DNA from: Basidiobolus meristosporus CBS 931.73
Lineage: Eukaryota; Fungi; Basidiobolomycota
NCBI GenBank assembly: GCA_002104905.1
Contig: MCFE01000379.1
Span: 1-64,000 of the forward strand
Direction: 5' to 3'
Length of the DNA stretch: 64,000 nucleotides
The number at the start of each line of letters is the position of its first letter. Within the stretch, counting starts at the first letter, position 1. Below the pieces are notes generated by a model that did not search any database, was not told the origin of the DNA, and worked only from the letters and a program-made list of their open reading frames with translations. This document shows positions 26,501 to 39,693 of the stretch, piece by piece. Position numbers and translations under genes: made by a program.

Positions 26501-27383
26501 TTTCATATTCAGTGGGAGTTCTCAGCCAGCATAATCTAAACTCTGGATGTGATTGTATTGCAGCAGTTAAGCATACTTTAGATACCTAAAAGGTACTGCT
26601 GATATCTGCTTGAGATACACTTGTAAGGATTCAGAACAAGATCTTGTGGGATACTCTGATGCTAATTATGGACAAGATTTGGAAGACAGAAGATCCACCA
26701 CAGGATACACCTTTTCTTACTGTAAAGGAGCAATTTTATGCAATTCAAGAAAGCAGCCAACCGTAGCACTTTCCACCACAGTGGCAGAATATATGGCAGC
26801 CTGTGAAGCTACAAAAGAAGCAATGTGGTTAAGAAAGCTTTTTACAGATTTAGGCCTATATCAAAACATGGCTATTAATTAATTCAAGGTAATTAAGGAT
26901 GTATACAATTAGGTAGAAATCCAACTTGTCATGCTAGAACTAAGCACATAAATATCAGACATCATTTCATGCAAGAAGCTATAGAGAACAGCTTAGTTAA
27001 CTTAGTTTACTGTTCCCCATATGATAATGATTGCAGACATATTTACCAAACCATTAGCTAAAGACAAGTTTGAGTATCTTAGGTCAAAATTAGGACTAGT
27101 CAGTATGAACATTTAGCTGAGTGGGAGTGTTGTAAAAATTTGTATTTCCACCTAAATATTCATCTTACTTAGTCACCTAGATCATTACCTTCAAATCCTA
27201 TAGAATGCTGACCAAAATCCTTATTGGAACTTACTTAGAATATTTTCATCAAAATACCAGGTACCAGAACATGAAAATTCTCAAAGTTGTCCAAACAGCC
27301 CCAAACTTTGCACACATGCTCTTGGGACCTTTCTTAGCTTATTCTATGTGCTTGTTATGCCAAGAGCATGTAGAAGTATAAAT

Positions 27384-30300
27384 TGTTGTAAGAGTCTTGG
27401 AGATATTGGAAGTGATTTGGAGGACAAGTAGATTATGTGGTTTTCACTTATTGATTTATTGAATGTAAAAGTAGTATTTATACTTTTACCTGGTCTTGGC
27501 ATTACAAACATGTAGAATTGGTTAAGGAAGGTCCCAAGAACATGTGTGCAAAGTTTGGGGCTGTTTGGACAACTTTGAGAATTTTCATGTTCTGGGTACC
27601 TGGTATTTTGGTGAAAATATTCTAAGTAAATCCCGACAAGGAATTTGGTCAGTATTCTCTAGGATTTAAAGGTGATGATCTAAGTGACTAAGTTAGGTGA
27701 ATATTTAGGTGGAAATACAAATTTTTACAACACTCCCACTCAGCTAAATGTTCATACTGACTAGTCCTAATTTTGACCTAAGATATTCAAACTTGTCTCT
27801 AGCTAATGGTTTGGTAAATATGTCTGCAATCATTTCATCTGTAGAACAGTAAACTAAGCTAACTAAGTTTCTCTCTATAGCTTCACGTATGAAATGATGT
27901 CTAATATCTATGTGCTTGGTTCTAGCATGAAAAGTTGGATTTCTACCTAGTTGTATACATCCTTGATTATCTTGAAATAAAGTAATAGGCGTTTTTTGAC
28001 ATAGGCCTAAATCTGCAAAGAGCTTTCTTAACCACATTGCTTCTTTTGTAGCTTCACAGGCTGCCATATACTCTGCCTCTGTAGTAGAAAGTGCTACAGT
28101 TGGTTGCTTTCTTGAATTCCATGAAATGGCTCCTTTACAGTAAAGAAAGGTGTATCCTGTGGTGGATCTTCTGTCTTCTAAATTTTGTCCCCAATCAGCA
28201 TCAGAGTATCCCACAAGATCCTGTTCTGAATCCTTATAAGTGTATTTTAAGCAGATATCAGCAGCTCCTTTTGGTATCTAAAAATCTGCTTAACGCTGCA
28301 ATATGATCAGATCCATAATTCTGATTATGTTGGCTGACAACTCCCACTGAATATGAGATATCTGGACGTGTTCCAAGCATGATATACATCAGACTGCCGA
28401 TCATAGATTGATAAGGAAAGTCAGGGCTTTTGGATGACACTAAGCGCTCTTGATTTAGTTGAGTTTTGACCAAGTTAAGGTTTGTCTCCATTGGGGTAGC
28501 TGCCGGTTTACAGTCTTCCATTTTGTACTTCTTTAGTATATCTTGAATATACTTGGATTGGCTTAGGGTTATAGTCTGGGTACTTCTGTCAATGGAGAAC
28601 TTAATCCCTAAGTAGTAATTAGGTTCTCCTAGATTGGACATCATGAACTCCTTAGATAGGCTGGATTTAGTCACTTCCAATGCTTCTAGGTTATTGGCAG
28701 CTATAATAAGATCATCCACATATAGAGCTAATAGAACTGGATTTGCTCTATCTGGCTTATAGTATATACTATAGTCAGCATTACTCCTTTTGAAACTCAA
28801 AAATTCCAAATATGAATCTATCTTGCAATTCCAGGCTCTTGGTGATTGTTTGAGACCATATAGTGACTTTTTAAGCTTGCAGACCAAATGGGGGTTATCT
28901 TGGTCAACAAGCCCATCAGGCTGGTCCATATGCATGTCCTCATCAAGTTCTCCATTCAAAAATGCAGTTTTTACATCCATTTGATGAATAAAAAACTTAT
29001 ATTTGGCTGCAATAGCCAATATTAATCTGATGGAATTAAACTTGGCTACCGGTGCAAAGGTCTCAGTATAGTCAAGTCCTTTTGTTTGAGAGTATCCTTT
29101 GGCTACAAGTCTTGCTTTGTATCTTTCAATTGTACCATCAGCCTTGTATTTTGTCTTGAAGACCCATCTGCATCCAATTGATTTTTGGTTGATTGGTAAT
29201 TTGAATAAGTCCCAAGTTTGATTTTCCATCAGGGCCTGATATTCCTCAGTCATTGCAGATCTCCAAAACTTCGTCTGAGGGCTATTTAGGGCCTCTTTTA
29301 CAGTCTGGGGTTCATCCACATGGACTGAATAGGCATAGGCTAAGTTTGTACCCTCATTAATATAGTAATTTGGGCTATTTCTTGTCCGATTTGATCTCCA
29401 GGCATTTGATACTGGAATGATCACTTCTGGGATATTCCTGGGCACTGATTCTGGCTGAACCATGGTTGTAGAGTCCTCTGGAGTGAAAAAATTTTCATTG
29501 TTTTGCTCTGATTCAATCCTGACAAATGGTGGACTTGAGATCAAATTTTCGTCATCATCTGATGTCATTTTTTGTGAAAATTTTGAATTTTCCTCAAACA
29601 ACACATCCCTGGACTTGATAAGCTTCTTTTCTTTGGTATTGTAGAGTCTGTATGCCTTACTCTCATTGCAGTAGCCCAAAAATATGCATTTTACACTTTT
29701 GGGCTCAAATTTTGACTGATTTCCGGCCAGTTTTTTTGGCATATGCTGTGCACCCAAATATTCTTAGATGTTCTGCACTTGGTCTGTATCCATACCATGC
29801 TTCAAATGGAGTAGAATCATGAAGTATTCTGCTATAACTCCTATTTTTAAGGTATACAGCAGTGGCAACTGATTCCGCCCAAAAATCATAGGATAATTTT
29901 TGATCATGGATCATAGATCTTCCATATCAATTATTGATCTGTTAGCTTGTTCTGCTACTCCATTTTGCTGTGGGGAGTATGGTACAGTAGTCTCTTGCTT
30001 TATCCCATGAATTTTGCAGAAGTGGATGAAGAGTTTTGAGGTATATTGTCCACCATTGTCAGAGCGTATTTTCTTGATTTTTTCACCAGTTTCTCTCTCC
30101 ACCATGGCTTTAAACTCCCTGAGCTTAGACAGAGCTTCTTCCTTTCTCTCCATGAAGTAGACCCATGTGTATCTTGTATAATCATCAATAAAAGTGATTA
30201 AATACTTCATCCCGCCTAAGGATAAATTTTGCATAGGTCCACACAGATCTGAGTGAATTAAATCTAATTTTTTCTTAGTTTTGATTAACCCAGAGCTCTT

Positions 30301-32066
30301 GAACGGTTGTCTGGCTTGTTTCCCATTTATACAGGCTTCACAGTGCTCCAAATTAGCTGGGGGATCAATTTTCACTCCAGAAATTAGCTGATCTTAGATC
30401 ATTTTAAGCAAATAATCAAAATTGATGTGCCCAAATCTCCTGTGCCAAAGCATTGGTGTTTCTTCATTTAAGTTACTTATATTGGCTTCCAGATATGATG
30501 GAATATAAGTCAACTTGTATAGATTCTGATCTCTGATGCCCGAAGCAATATGAGCACCATTTTGATCAGTGATCCTGCATCCAGAATTGTCAAAACTGAA
30601 ACTAAGTCCTTCTGCTGTGGCCTTGCTTACAGAGAGTAGGTTCTTGGCTATTTCTGGTACATAGAGTACTTCTTTAAAGGTCAGTATATGGCTTCCTTCA
30701 CTGCTTCTAAGGTTTACTTGGATAGTTCCTTCTCCCACTGCATCAAGTGTTCTATTGTCACCCATGAAAACCTTCTTAATTGGAATTTCTTGATATTGGG
30801 TAAAAAGTTCTTTTTGGTGTGTAAAGTGTTGAGAAGCTCCAGAGTCAATATACCATGTCTGAGAATCCTTATTTGTGGTCATATTTAGTGCAGATATGAA
30901 TAGTCTATCTTCAGTTGTTGCAGCATTTCCATATTCAGGCTTCTTTTGCTGATAATCTCTCTTTTTGAAACACCAGTCTGATGTGTGTCCTTTCCTTTTG
31001 CAGTAGTTGCAAAATAGGTTGTTGTTGCCTTTGTAGGGTCTTGGGTACCTCCTTTGTTGGTTATCATTGCTTATTAAAGCATTTTCTTCTTCCTTCTTAT
31101 TGGCGCTTGATTTTCTTAATTCCTCATCCAGGAGCCTTCCATATACGTAATTTAAGGTTAAATCTTCAGTTCTGGACTCTAGGGCTGATACAAGGCCCTG
31201 AAACTCGTCTGTCAGGCTATTCAGGATGGTAACTATCACATCCTCATCAGTAGTTGGTACGCCCACAGATTCCATCTCATCTACCAGCAGGGTAATTCTG
31301 TTAATTAGATTTTTCATTTCTTCTCCTGGCAGCATCTTTGTAGTAAAGAATTTTCTTCTCAGATACATTTTCTTGGCAGCTGAACATGACTGGTAGGTGT
31401 CTTCTAATGCCTTCCAGGCATTCTTTGCCATTTTTGCTCTTGAGCATTGAATTAGCAATTTGTCCTTGACATTAAGGCAAATGCAGTTAAAGGCACTTTG
31501 TTCTTTCTTCTGGTACTTCAAGGCTTCCTCTCCCACGTTTTTAGGAGGGCATTCTTCTCCCATGACAATATCCCAAAGGCCTCTTTCTTGCAGCAGCATC
31601 TTCATCTTCACCTTCCACACTTGGTAGTTAGAGCCATCCAAGTTTTCAGCAGAGGGAAAAATTCCAGTAATAGCAGTAGTAGACATTGCAGAGAGTGACA
31701 GCTTGGGGCTCATAACCTGTTGTAAGAGTCTTGGAGATATTGGAAGTGATTTGGAGAACAAGTAGATTATGTGTTTTTCACTTAATGATTTATTGAATGT
31801 AAAAGTGGTATTTATACTTTTACCTGGTCTTGGCATTACAAACACGTAGAATAGATTAAGGAAGGTCCCAAGAACATGTGTGCAAAGTTTGGGGCTGTTT
31901 GGACAACTTTGAGAATTTTCATGTTCTGGGTACCTGGTATTTTGGTGAAAATATTCTAAGTAAATCCCGACAAGGAATTTGGTCAGTATTCTCTAGGATT
32001 TGAAGGTGATGATCTAAGTGACTAAGTTAGGTGAATATTTAGGTGGAAATACGAATTTTTACAACA
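27384..32066 (-). mobile_element. Copia copy D: youngest, full-length 4.68 kb, inserted antisense into the 3' LTR of copy B
   Basis: 349-bp LTRs at 27384-27732 and 31718-32066 differ at ~9 positions. TSD TAAAT at 27379-27383 and 32067-32071. The gag-PR-IN-RT-RH frame runs from ATG 31713 to 27744, broken by one nonsense codon (30394) and three 1-bp frameshifts. Confidence 0.97.
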
Positions 32067-32163
32067 TAAATACTACTTTTACATTCAATAAATGATTAAG
32101 TGAAAACCACATAGTCTACTTGTTCTCCCAATCACTTCCAATATCTCTCAGACTCTTACAAAA

Positions 32164-33220
32164 TAAAGGGTCTTGAGTATCTCCTTTGTTATTCACTGTT
32201 GCTTTTTAAAGCATTCATTCTTCCTTCTTATTGGCATTTGATTTTCTTGATTCTTTGTTCAGGAGCCTTCCATATTTGTAAGTTAAGGTCAAGTTTTTAG
32301 TTCTGGACTCTATGGCAGATATAAGGTCCTAAGACTAGCCTGTTAGGCTACTCAAGATAGTAACTAGCACATCCTCATCAATGAATACAATGCCTACAGA
32401 TTCCTAGAGGTAATGTGGCAAAGAAAGCATTTTAGTGACTAGGCTCATGTAAAAAGCCCCTACTACACAGTTTTGAGATCATCAGGGAGGTATTTAATTT
32501 GATAGGAGTCCAACTATTCATGTTGTAACTAAGCATATAGATATTAGACATTGTTTCATATGTGAGGATATACTGAATAACTTGGTTAATTTAGTTTACA
32601 GTCCTACAGATGAAATGACTGCTGACAAATTTACTAAACCATTAGCCAGAGACATATTTGAATATTCCAGATCACAACTAGGACTAGTTGATATGATATA
32701 TAGTTGAGTGGGACTGTTATACAAATTTGCAATTGCACCTAAATACTCACCTGACTTGGTCACTTAGACCAATATCTGCAGATCTTAGAGAATTCTGAGC
32801 AAATTCCTAGTCAGGATTTACTTGGAATAATCTCACCAAAGCATCAGGGACCCAGAAAATGAAATTTTGTTAAGTTGACCAAACAACCCCAAACTTTTTA
32901 AACATGTTCCAAGGAGCTTCCCAAGCATATTCCAAGTGTTTGGTTTGCCAAGATTATGTAACAGTATAAGTACTACTTTCACATTCAATGAGTCATTAAG
33001 TAAAAGCCACATAATCTACATATTCTCCCAATCACTTTCAATATCTCCAAGACTCTTACAACTTGGACAACTAATCAATATTTCATGTTCTGGGTACCTG
33101 ACATCTTGGTAAAAATATTCCAAGCCCAACATGGAGTTTGGGCAGAACTATCCCAGATCTGTAGGCAATGCTCTAAGTGACCAAGCTAGGTGAACATCAG
33201 CTGTATTTACAAAATTTACA
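32164..33220. mobile_element. Older scrambled relics of the same copia family (gag piece, RNase H end, LTR ~32715-33062)
   Basis: Recognisable diverged matches to the gag of copy D (minus strand), to the KPLARDKFEY region plus PPT, and to the LTR 3' end CAATATCTCCAAGACTCTTACAAC. Confidence 0.75.
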
Positions 33221-34214
33221 ACAGTGCAATCCGTGACCTATGTTTAGAGTGTGTTATCATTGTTGTTGAGGAGGAAATAACTCAGTTCCATGACAAAAGC
33301 CTGATTGTGCTATTACCAACAATATCAATGGAGGAACATTGTACAATTCTTATATTTGTGGATATAGACTTCCAATGCAAGAAATTCAAGAATATCAAGT
33401 GTACACTGCGTATTTGACCCATCTTATATACAATGATACAGATAGGTAAATGACATTGATTTCAAATGAAACAGTAACGCTACGTTTTGCCTATCCAAGC
33501 AAATGTGGTTAGAGGAAATGGTTTCTGAATCATGGACGGTGAGCTGTAACTGTGCCAGAGTAAAATCGCACAATGGGTTGTCAGACGATGATGGAATAAT
33601 CAGTAGAATTATCGAGGGACATATTATAGAGGGATTATATACGTCCTACTATAATGTGAATTAGTAGATTGCGCAAATGTAGTAACTGAGTCAATCGAAG
33701 GGCCATTACTTGCCTTTTCCGAGGACCTATGAATAGATGGGGGTTGTGATCAGGATGGCAATTGGTTGGCGTGATGAGCTCACAAACTAAAAACCAAATT
33801 TGTCACCGTTCACTTTGCTCAGGCAGTGTTTGGTGCGCAATATATTCCGAGTTTCCTATACTGCTCCCACCCGCTGCTCATACCCGCCCCTCGCGCCCAG
33901 TTCACTTTCGCCACTTTGCCATATATCCTTCCGGGTGACACGTCTGACATCTCTTACACGCCATGTCGGACCCCGATTTTTCCGTTATCTCCTCCCCCTC
34001 ACCGAGCATCTATGTTTCTTCGAATCGGATCCGGAAAAAACCCTCCTCCTGCTCCTCCCAGTCAGACACTGAGGAAGCACCCAGCATTTCGGAACAGGCA
34101 GAGACGAACCTACTAAAGCCCGCCACGACCCCTTCGTTCTCTCGAACCACCACTCCGCTCAACTCCCCGACTGCTCGAAGCTACAGCTCTTTGTTTCCTT
34201 CGCAACCAAATTCG

Positions 34215-36411
34215 ATGGCGCGCCATACCAACGTCAATATCCACTCGATCTTTAGCAAATTAAACACCCTCAACGAGAAAACCAGACATGATGATAAACG
34301 ATCTTTTCTGCACTCCATCAAAGGGTTCGTACTTCACCTATACGACCACCTTTGGGTTGGATCCTCTCCTGACTAACTGGAATTACCCCGATTTGCAGTC
34401 ATATGCGTAGGAATAGTAAGGAGAAGTTCCATTCGCTTTTTGATCCTGGGGAAGGAAGTCCGCTGAACGATACATGGTAGACTACTAAACATGCCTCTTG
34501 CCTTGTACCCACTGGTCACTCAGATTTTCAATAGGCGCGGCACACCACTTCCAGTGTTTACCGGGGAAGATTCATCATACTCGCCCACCCTCTCACCTCG
34601 TAGTCCTCTCGACAGCCCAACGGTAACTGCCTACCCCACCTTCGCCAAAAGCTCCAGCCATTCCAAGAAGAGGTATTCCCCAGCGTCCACCACACGCCCC
34701 CTCACACCCACTAACGAGACCTAGACTTGTCCAGGACAACACCATAGAGGAGATCGCTCGGGAGATCGAGCAATACTACGTGCAGAACAATCAAAGAATC
34801 GAGCAATACATCGATCAGATCGCCACCCTCGAGGTACTCTTCTTACGCCCCACCCAACTTTCATCGGCCGACCGAGCCAAGTAACGATGTACCATTCGTT
34901 TAGAAACAGAAGCGAGACGCGGTCCAGGAAAGCAACCAATGGAAGAAGAAGTTCATCCAAGCGGAGAACCAATCCCACCAACGGGAGCTGGAGTTGAAAG
35001 GTAGGTTTGGAATGAACAGCGGTTGGGCACATGGGACGCATTCAAACGGAGCCTTTCTATGTAGAGGAGCTTCAGAAATTCCGGGAGAAGTACCTGCGCG
35101 ACCTCGACGGGATCAAACGGGCTCACCGCAAGAAGTGCCAGCAGTACGGAGACACGATCAAAAAGCTGATGACAACCAACGAGTCGTTCCGCTCCCAGTT
35201 ACAAGAATCCGGGATCGCCCCAAGTAAGACGCCAACGAGTTGCGTGCGTCCCCGTTCTTGCTTCTAACCCCGGGCTTTCATCAACTTCAGTCACCTCTAC
35301 CCCAATGGCTGGCCCCATGGTAGACCCGGAATACAACGAGAATCACGAATATATTAAGGTACCGTTTAGCCTGGCAAGCAGCTCCCCTACCGAGTTATGT
35401 AACCTGTTGGCTGGTATGTAGTGCAAATTCGCCGCCGCCGAGAAGCGAAGAGCCTCCCTGAAGCTGGAGGATGACCTGGCAATCTGGAACGAGGTAACAT
35501 ACCGCGCGACCTTCCCACCTGTCCCCCGATACTTACCAGAGTTTGATCCGTAGTACATGATTCTCGCTCTGGGGGTGGAATTGCGACAAGCACAAGTCCA
35601 GAAGATCCAGGAAACGCCGGAACGCCCTCACCTCGCTCCCGATTCGAGGAAGCCCCCACGACGCCGCTCAGCCCTTCGAACCCCCCATAGCAAGCGCCCT
35701 CACTATTCCAGCAGCCTGCGGGTGGGGGATCAGGAAGACGACTCGTGCCAAGGGTCGAAGCTCTCGGATGGGGACACCCTGTCAGATGAGTCTTCTTCAG
35801 CAGAAGAGAGCAGCACCCCCCTTCGATATATTACTTTGACTCGGGGCTCATCAGCCCAACGAGCCAGACATGACGTATCCACCACGCCTTATCTATCTGC
35901 ACAATCGTCTAGCACGTCCCTTTCCACTATCGAGGCGATCAATGCCAAGGACGAATCTCCCGATCTACATCCCATAGAAGTCAACTGTATCTCCGAAGCA
36001 GCAAGTCAGCCGCTCGGAAGGGAAGAGAGCGATGCCAGCAGTGACACCGATTCACAGGTGGACATTGCTCTCTCCACACCCCTAACGTTCGACGAAGAGG
36101 CTGAGCCCACTCACCCTCCAACCAAACCGGTCACCGAACCCGAGGAGCCCTCCAGCCCCACCCTCGGCAGCTACAATTCTCCACCCTATGTCACCTCCAG
36201 CCTCTCGGTGTTTGCTCGAAAACGCAACTCCGTTCGTACCGAATTCCCCGCACAGGACCGGCGGCGAAGTGTCGGTTCGATCAATTCGGCCGGGCGGGAG
36301 CAGCCCCACCCATTACAACACACTCCAGCCATGCGACGAAAGCCTCTACCCAAAACACCGGAGATTCAGTCGACCGCGACATCACAAGTTTCAGGTCCAG
36401 CCGACCTCTAA
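34215..36411 (+). CDS. Hypothetical multi-exon protein (~9 exons): central coiled coil, S/P/E-rich C-terminus
   Basis: GT-AG introns link MARHTNVNIHSIFSKL..., RLVQDNTIEEIAREIEQYY..., KQKRDAVQESNQWKKKF..., EELQKFREKYLRDLDGIKRAHRKK... and the long exon 35555-36411. No family recognised. Confidence 0.75.
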
Positions 36412-36662
36412 CATCACTGTAAAATACCCATCACCCCCTCCACCACCTCCCTGTCACCCTTCTACCCATTCTTCCCTAACTCACCCAGTCGATTGTAAAA
36501 ACTACATAGCCTCCGCGGAAGAATGGCTTACTCAACCTAGCGCAGATTTATTATTGATCTCCACACCAAACCTAACATCCATATATAAAGCCTAATCATC
36601 AGCCACCTCCGAATCCATTCAATTCCCCGACCACGAGTCGAACTCGATCTCACTCACTTGGG

Positions 36663-37999
36663 TCAATCGTTTCGGGTCAGGATCTCCACCCCGTCCTGAG
36701 TGATCAGCAATGTGTGTTCGAACTGGGCGGACCGCCCAGCATCCGCGGTCACAATGGTCCAGCGATCGGGCCAGGTCATGCCGACGGCAGTGCCTTGACA
36801 CAGGATCGGCTCGATGGTGAAGGTCATGCCGGGTTGCATCACGCCTTCCTCATGGTTCCCTAGGAAGTACCGGGTTAGCATGGTCCTCACGAACGTCCGC
36901 ACACAATCCCCCGAGAGCACTTACGATGATGTAGAATCAGGGGAAGCGAGTGGAACTCCCGGCCGATCCCATGGCCGGAGAGTTCGGTGGAGACAGAGAA
37001 TCCTTTGCTCTCGGCGTAGTCGCTGTATTATCAAGGCGATCGAGTTACCAGTCAAGTCACGCTTACATGTCGTTATCTGGGGAAGGGGGGTTACCATATC
37101 ACTCGGCCGATCTCCTGGAAGGGGGTGCCAGGTTTGCAAATGTCCACGGCCAAATCCAAGGATCTCTTGGTCGCCTCCACCAGCTCGCGCCCCTTCTGAT
37201 CCACGTTGCCGACGTAGAAGGTGGCGGAGTTGTCGCCATGAACGCCGTTCAAAAACACCTAAACCAGGTTAGTTGATTCGGAACCGCCAGCGATCTCTAC
37301 GTGTACCCCATTACCGTGATATCGATGTTGATGATATCTCCATCCTGCAGAGGTCGGCTGCGACCATGGAAGTGGTCAGAAATGTGGGGACTTGGAAGAT
37401 TCGCGTCGAGCTTACCTATCGGGGATGCCATGGGCAATCACGTTGTTGACCGAGGTGCAGACGGATTTTGGGAAACCCATGTAGTTTAGGGTGGATGGGT
37501 AGGCGTTGTGCTGGACGATCTCCTCGTGCAAAATCCGGTCTATCTCGTCGGTGGTGATGCCTACCTAAACCAAACCCCCCACCCCCGCCAAGGGAAAAGG
37601 TTAGCACCCACTTGGGGGAGGGACTTTTGCGAAGAACCTTACTTTGACCAACTGGCCACCTATGTCCAACATCTTTCGGGCCAGTCTTCCCGCCTCCCGC
37701 ATCTTCTCGATCTCCTCCGGGGTCTTGATGTCTATGCTGGCGCTCCAAGCGGGCGGTTCCCCGGTTTTGGCGTAGTTGGGGTGTAGGATATGTGCGGGAA
37801 CACTGCGTCGCTCCTGTTGCACCTTGTCACCTAAGGCCAAGCTGTTCGGGACTATCATTGAGTAAGAACCAAATACTCTGGGCGGGGTAAATGGCAGGGT
37901 CACCTTCCTACACCTCGGGGCACACAAGGCTCTGCCCGTATGGAGGCTGGCTCTCAGCATTCTGAAAGGTAGTCTGGCGGGGAAATGGGTTGGGTTCAT
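36663..37999 (-). CDS. METAP1D: Methionine aminopeptidase type I with organellar presequence (multi-exon)
   Basis: [49 protein letters not shown] and [11 protein letters not shown]. The Arg/Leu-rich N-terminus [19 protein letters not shown] has no zinc finger. Confidence 0.92.
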
Positions 38000-38171
38000 T
38001 CGAAACACTGCGTCACTATAGGGTAGGTCGAGTGCGGTGCGCTTGGGGGGGGGGGGGGAAGAGAAAATGGCGAAATCTATCTGGGAAATCAGAATTTTCA
38101 TTCCGTCATATGGGATGCGGCGGGGCGATTTTATTGAAGCCAGAAATTTTACAATGAATGATGGAAATGAT

Positions 38172-39693
38172 CTACAACCCGTCCACCAGCGTGGACGGTG
38201 CCTGGTTACGATAGACGATGTCGTGGATCTTGGTGAAGAGCGGGTACCTAAAGGGTGGAAGGTGAGAAACCCCGCCACGGGATGGGTTGACTTGGGGGAT
38301 ACCACGTACCGATCAGTCAATTGTCTTGCCGCTAGGAACGCATGAACCTCCTTGGCCGTCAATGTCCCCTGTAGCTTTTGGCCATGGAGCATCTCCTTCT
38401 CGAGCACATGGAATGGCTTGCCTGTAAGTACATGAGCCTCCGCCACTCTGCGATTGCGACCTCCGGCGCAAGTGGTTATCAGGTCCGCCACTCCACAGCT
38501 CTCAAAGAACGTCTCCACCTTGACCCCCGAGTAAAATGTCTGCGCGAATTGGATGATCTCCATCAAGCCGATTCTCATGATGGCGGCCTTCGTGTTATCT
38601 CCGAGCCTACTCGACAGGGTGAGTGAGGTTCGTCAATGCCGATGAGTGGGTTGTTTGATGAATACGTACTTGAGACCGTCAACGATACCCGCCCCGATGG
38701 CAACGATATTCTTCAGCGCGCCGCACAACTCCACCCCCGCGACATCATCCACCACGGTAACTCTGAAGTACTCCGTGTTGAACAACTTGCGGTAGATTTC
38801 CCCGTGCTCCTTCACTCGCGACCCAATGGTGGTCTCACAGAAATGCTCCAACGCCACTTCCTGGGCGATATTCGCGCCCGACAACACACTCGTCTCGATC
38901 CCCAGCGTTCCGGAGATCTCCTCTGAAAACAGACGAACCCCCTCGGAGGATGCGTCGATTCCCTAGATGATGGCTTAACATTGATCCCGGTAATACATCT
39001 ACTGATGAATGATGTACCTTGATCAGTGAGATGGCCTTGGCATCCGGGCGGACTTGGTTAACTAGATCGGCGCAGACCCCCTTCAGAAACTTCGATGCGA
39101 GTCAGTGAGAGCCCAGCATTCTCGTACTACTGTGACAGGTCAACATACTTGATGAGGCACAACAAATGCGATCACAGTGGCGTCTTTTACGCACGCGCGG
39201 AGGTCCGGGCAGGCGACCAGGTTGGTTGGAAGCTGGATATTCGGCAAGTACCTGAATGTTCGCAGATAGCGAGGTCAAGGCTTCCAGATCACATGATGTG
39301 GGGAGGATACCCTCCCATGAAAAAGCCGAGCGTGTAGCAAAGGATACTTCACGTTTTCGTGGCGTTGGTTAATCACCTCACTCAGCTTCTCGCCGCGGGA
39401 GATTTCTTCGTGAACCCACAGCCTCACCTCGGGGTCAAACTCCCCGTACCGCAACACGTTGTTCGCGAGGATCTTACTGACAGCGGTGCCCCTAGGAAAT
39501 GGTTAGGAATGGTAGGCCCCGCTCGTCCCCTCCCAACCCACACTAAACAAAACGGTTACCAGTTACCCGACCCGACGACGCACACCTTTTCTTTGGAAAG
39601 ACGGCTTGAGAGGCTGAATTCCCGAAACGAAGGCCGGAGACGGGCGAAACTTCGGGTCACCAGGCTGGTGTGACGTGGGAAGATGGAAAGCAT
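38172..39693 (-). CDS. GPD1: NAD-dependent glycerol-3-phosphate dehydrogenase (multi-exon)
   Basis: [10 protein letters not shown]|[48 protein letters not shown] and QKLQG. The last exon reads [12 protein letters not shown]...DGL*. Confidence 0.95.

Larger units (their letters stand above)
17351..32163 (+). mobile_element. Copia copy B: oldest host element, containing copy C, copy D and a MITE
   Basis: 5' LTR remnant 17351-17396 and decayed gag-PR-IN to 20074. It resumes at 25504 with RT/RNase H and PPT GAGTGGGAG. The 3' LTR is split into 27128-27383 and 32072-~32163 by copy D. Confidence 0.85.

Noticed and set aside
31714-31845. 44-aa N-terminal extension of gag encoded in the LTR (MFVMPRPGK...)
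   Set aside because: It lies in the LTR upstream of the PBS, is not kept open in the other LTR copies, and starts from a non-ATG codon.
37601-38578. Apparent 325-aa GPD-MetAP fusion ORF
   Set aside because: It is a chance in-frame read-through of a GPD intron, last exon region and intergenic DNA. GPD splices to its own stop at 38172 and MetAP has its own ATG at 37999.
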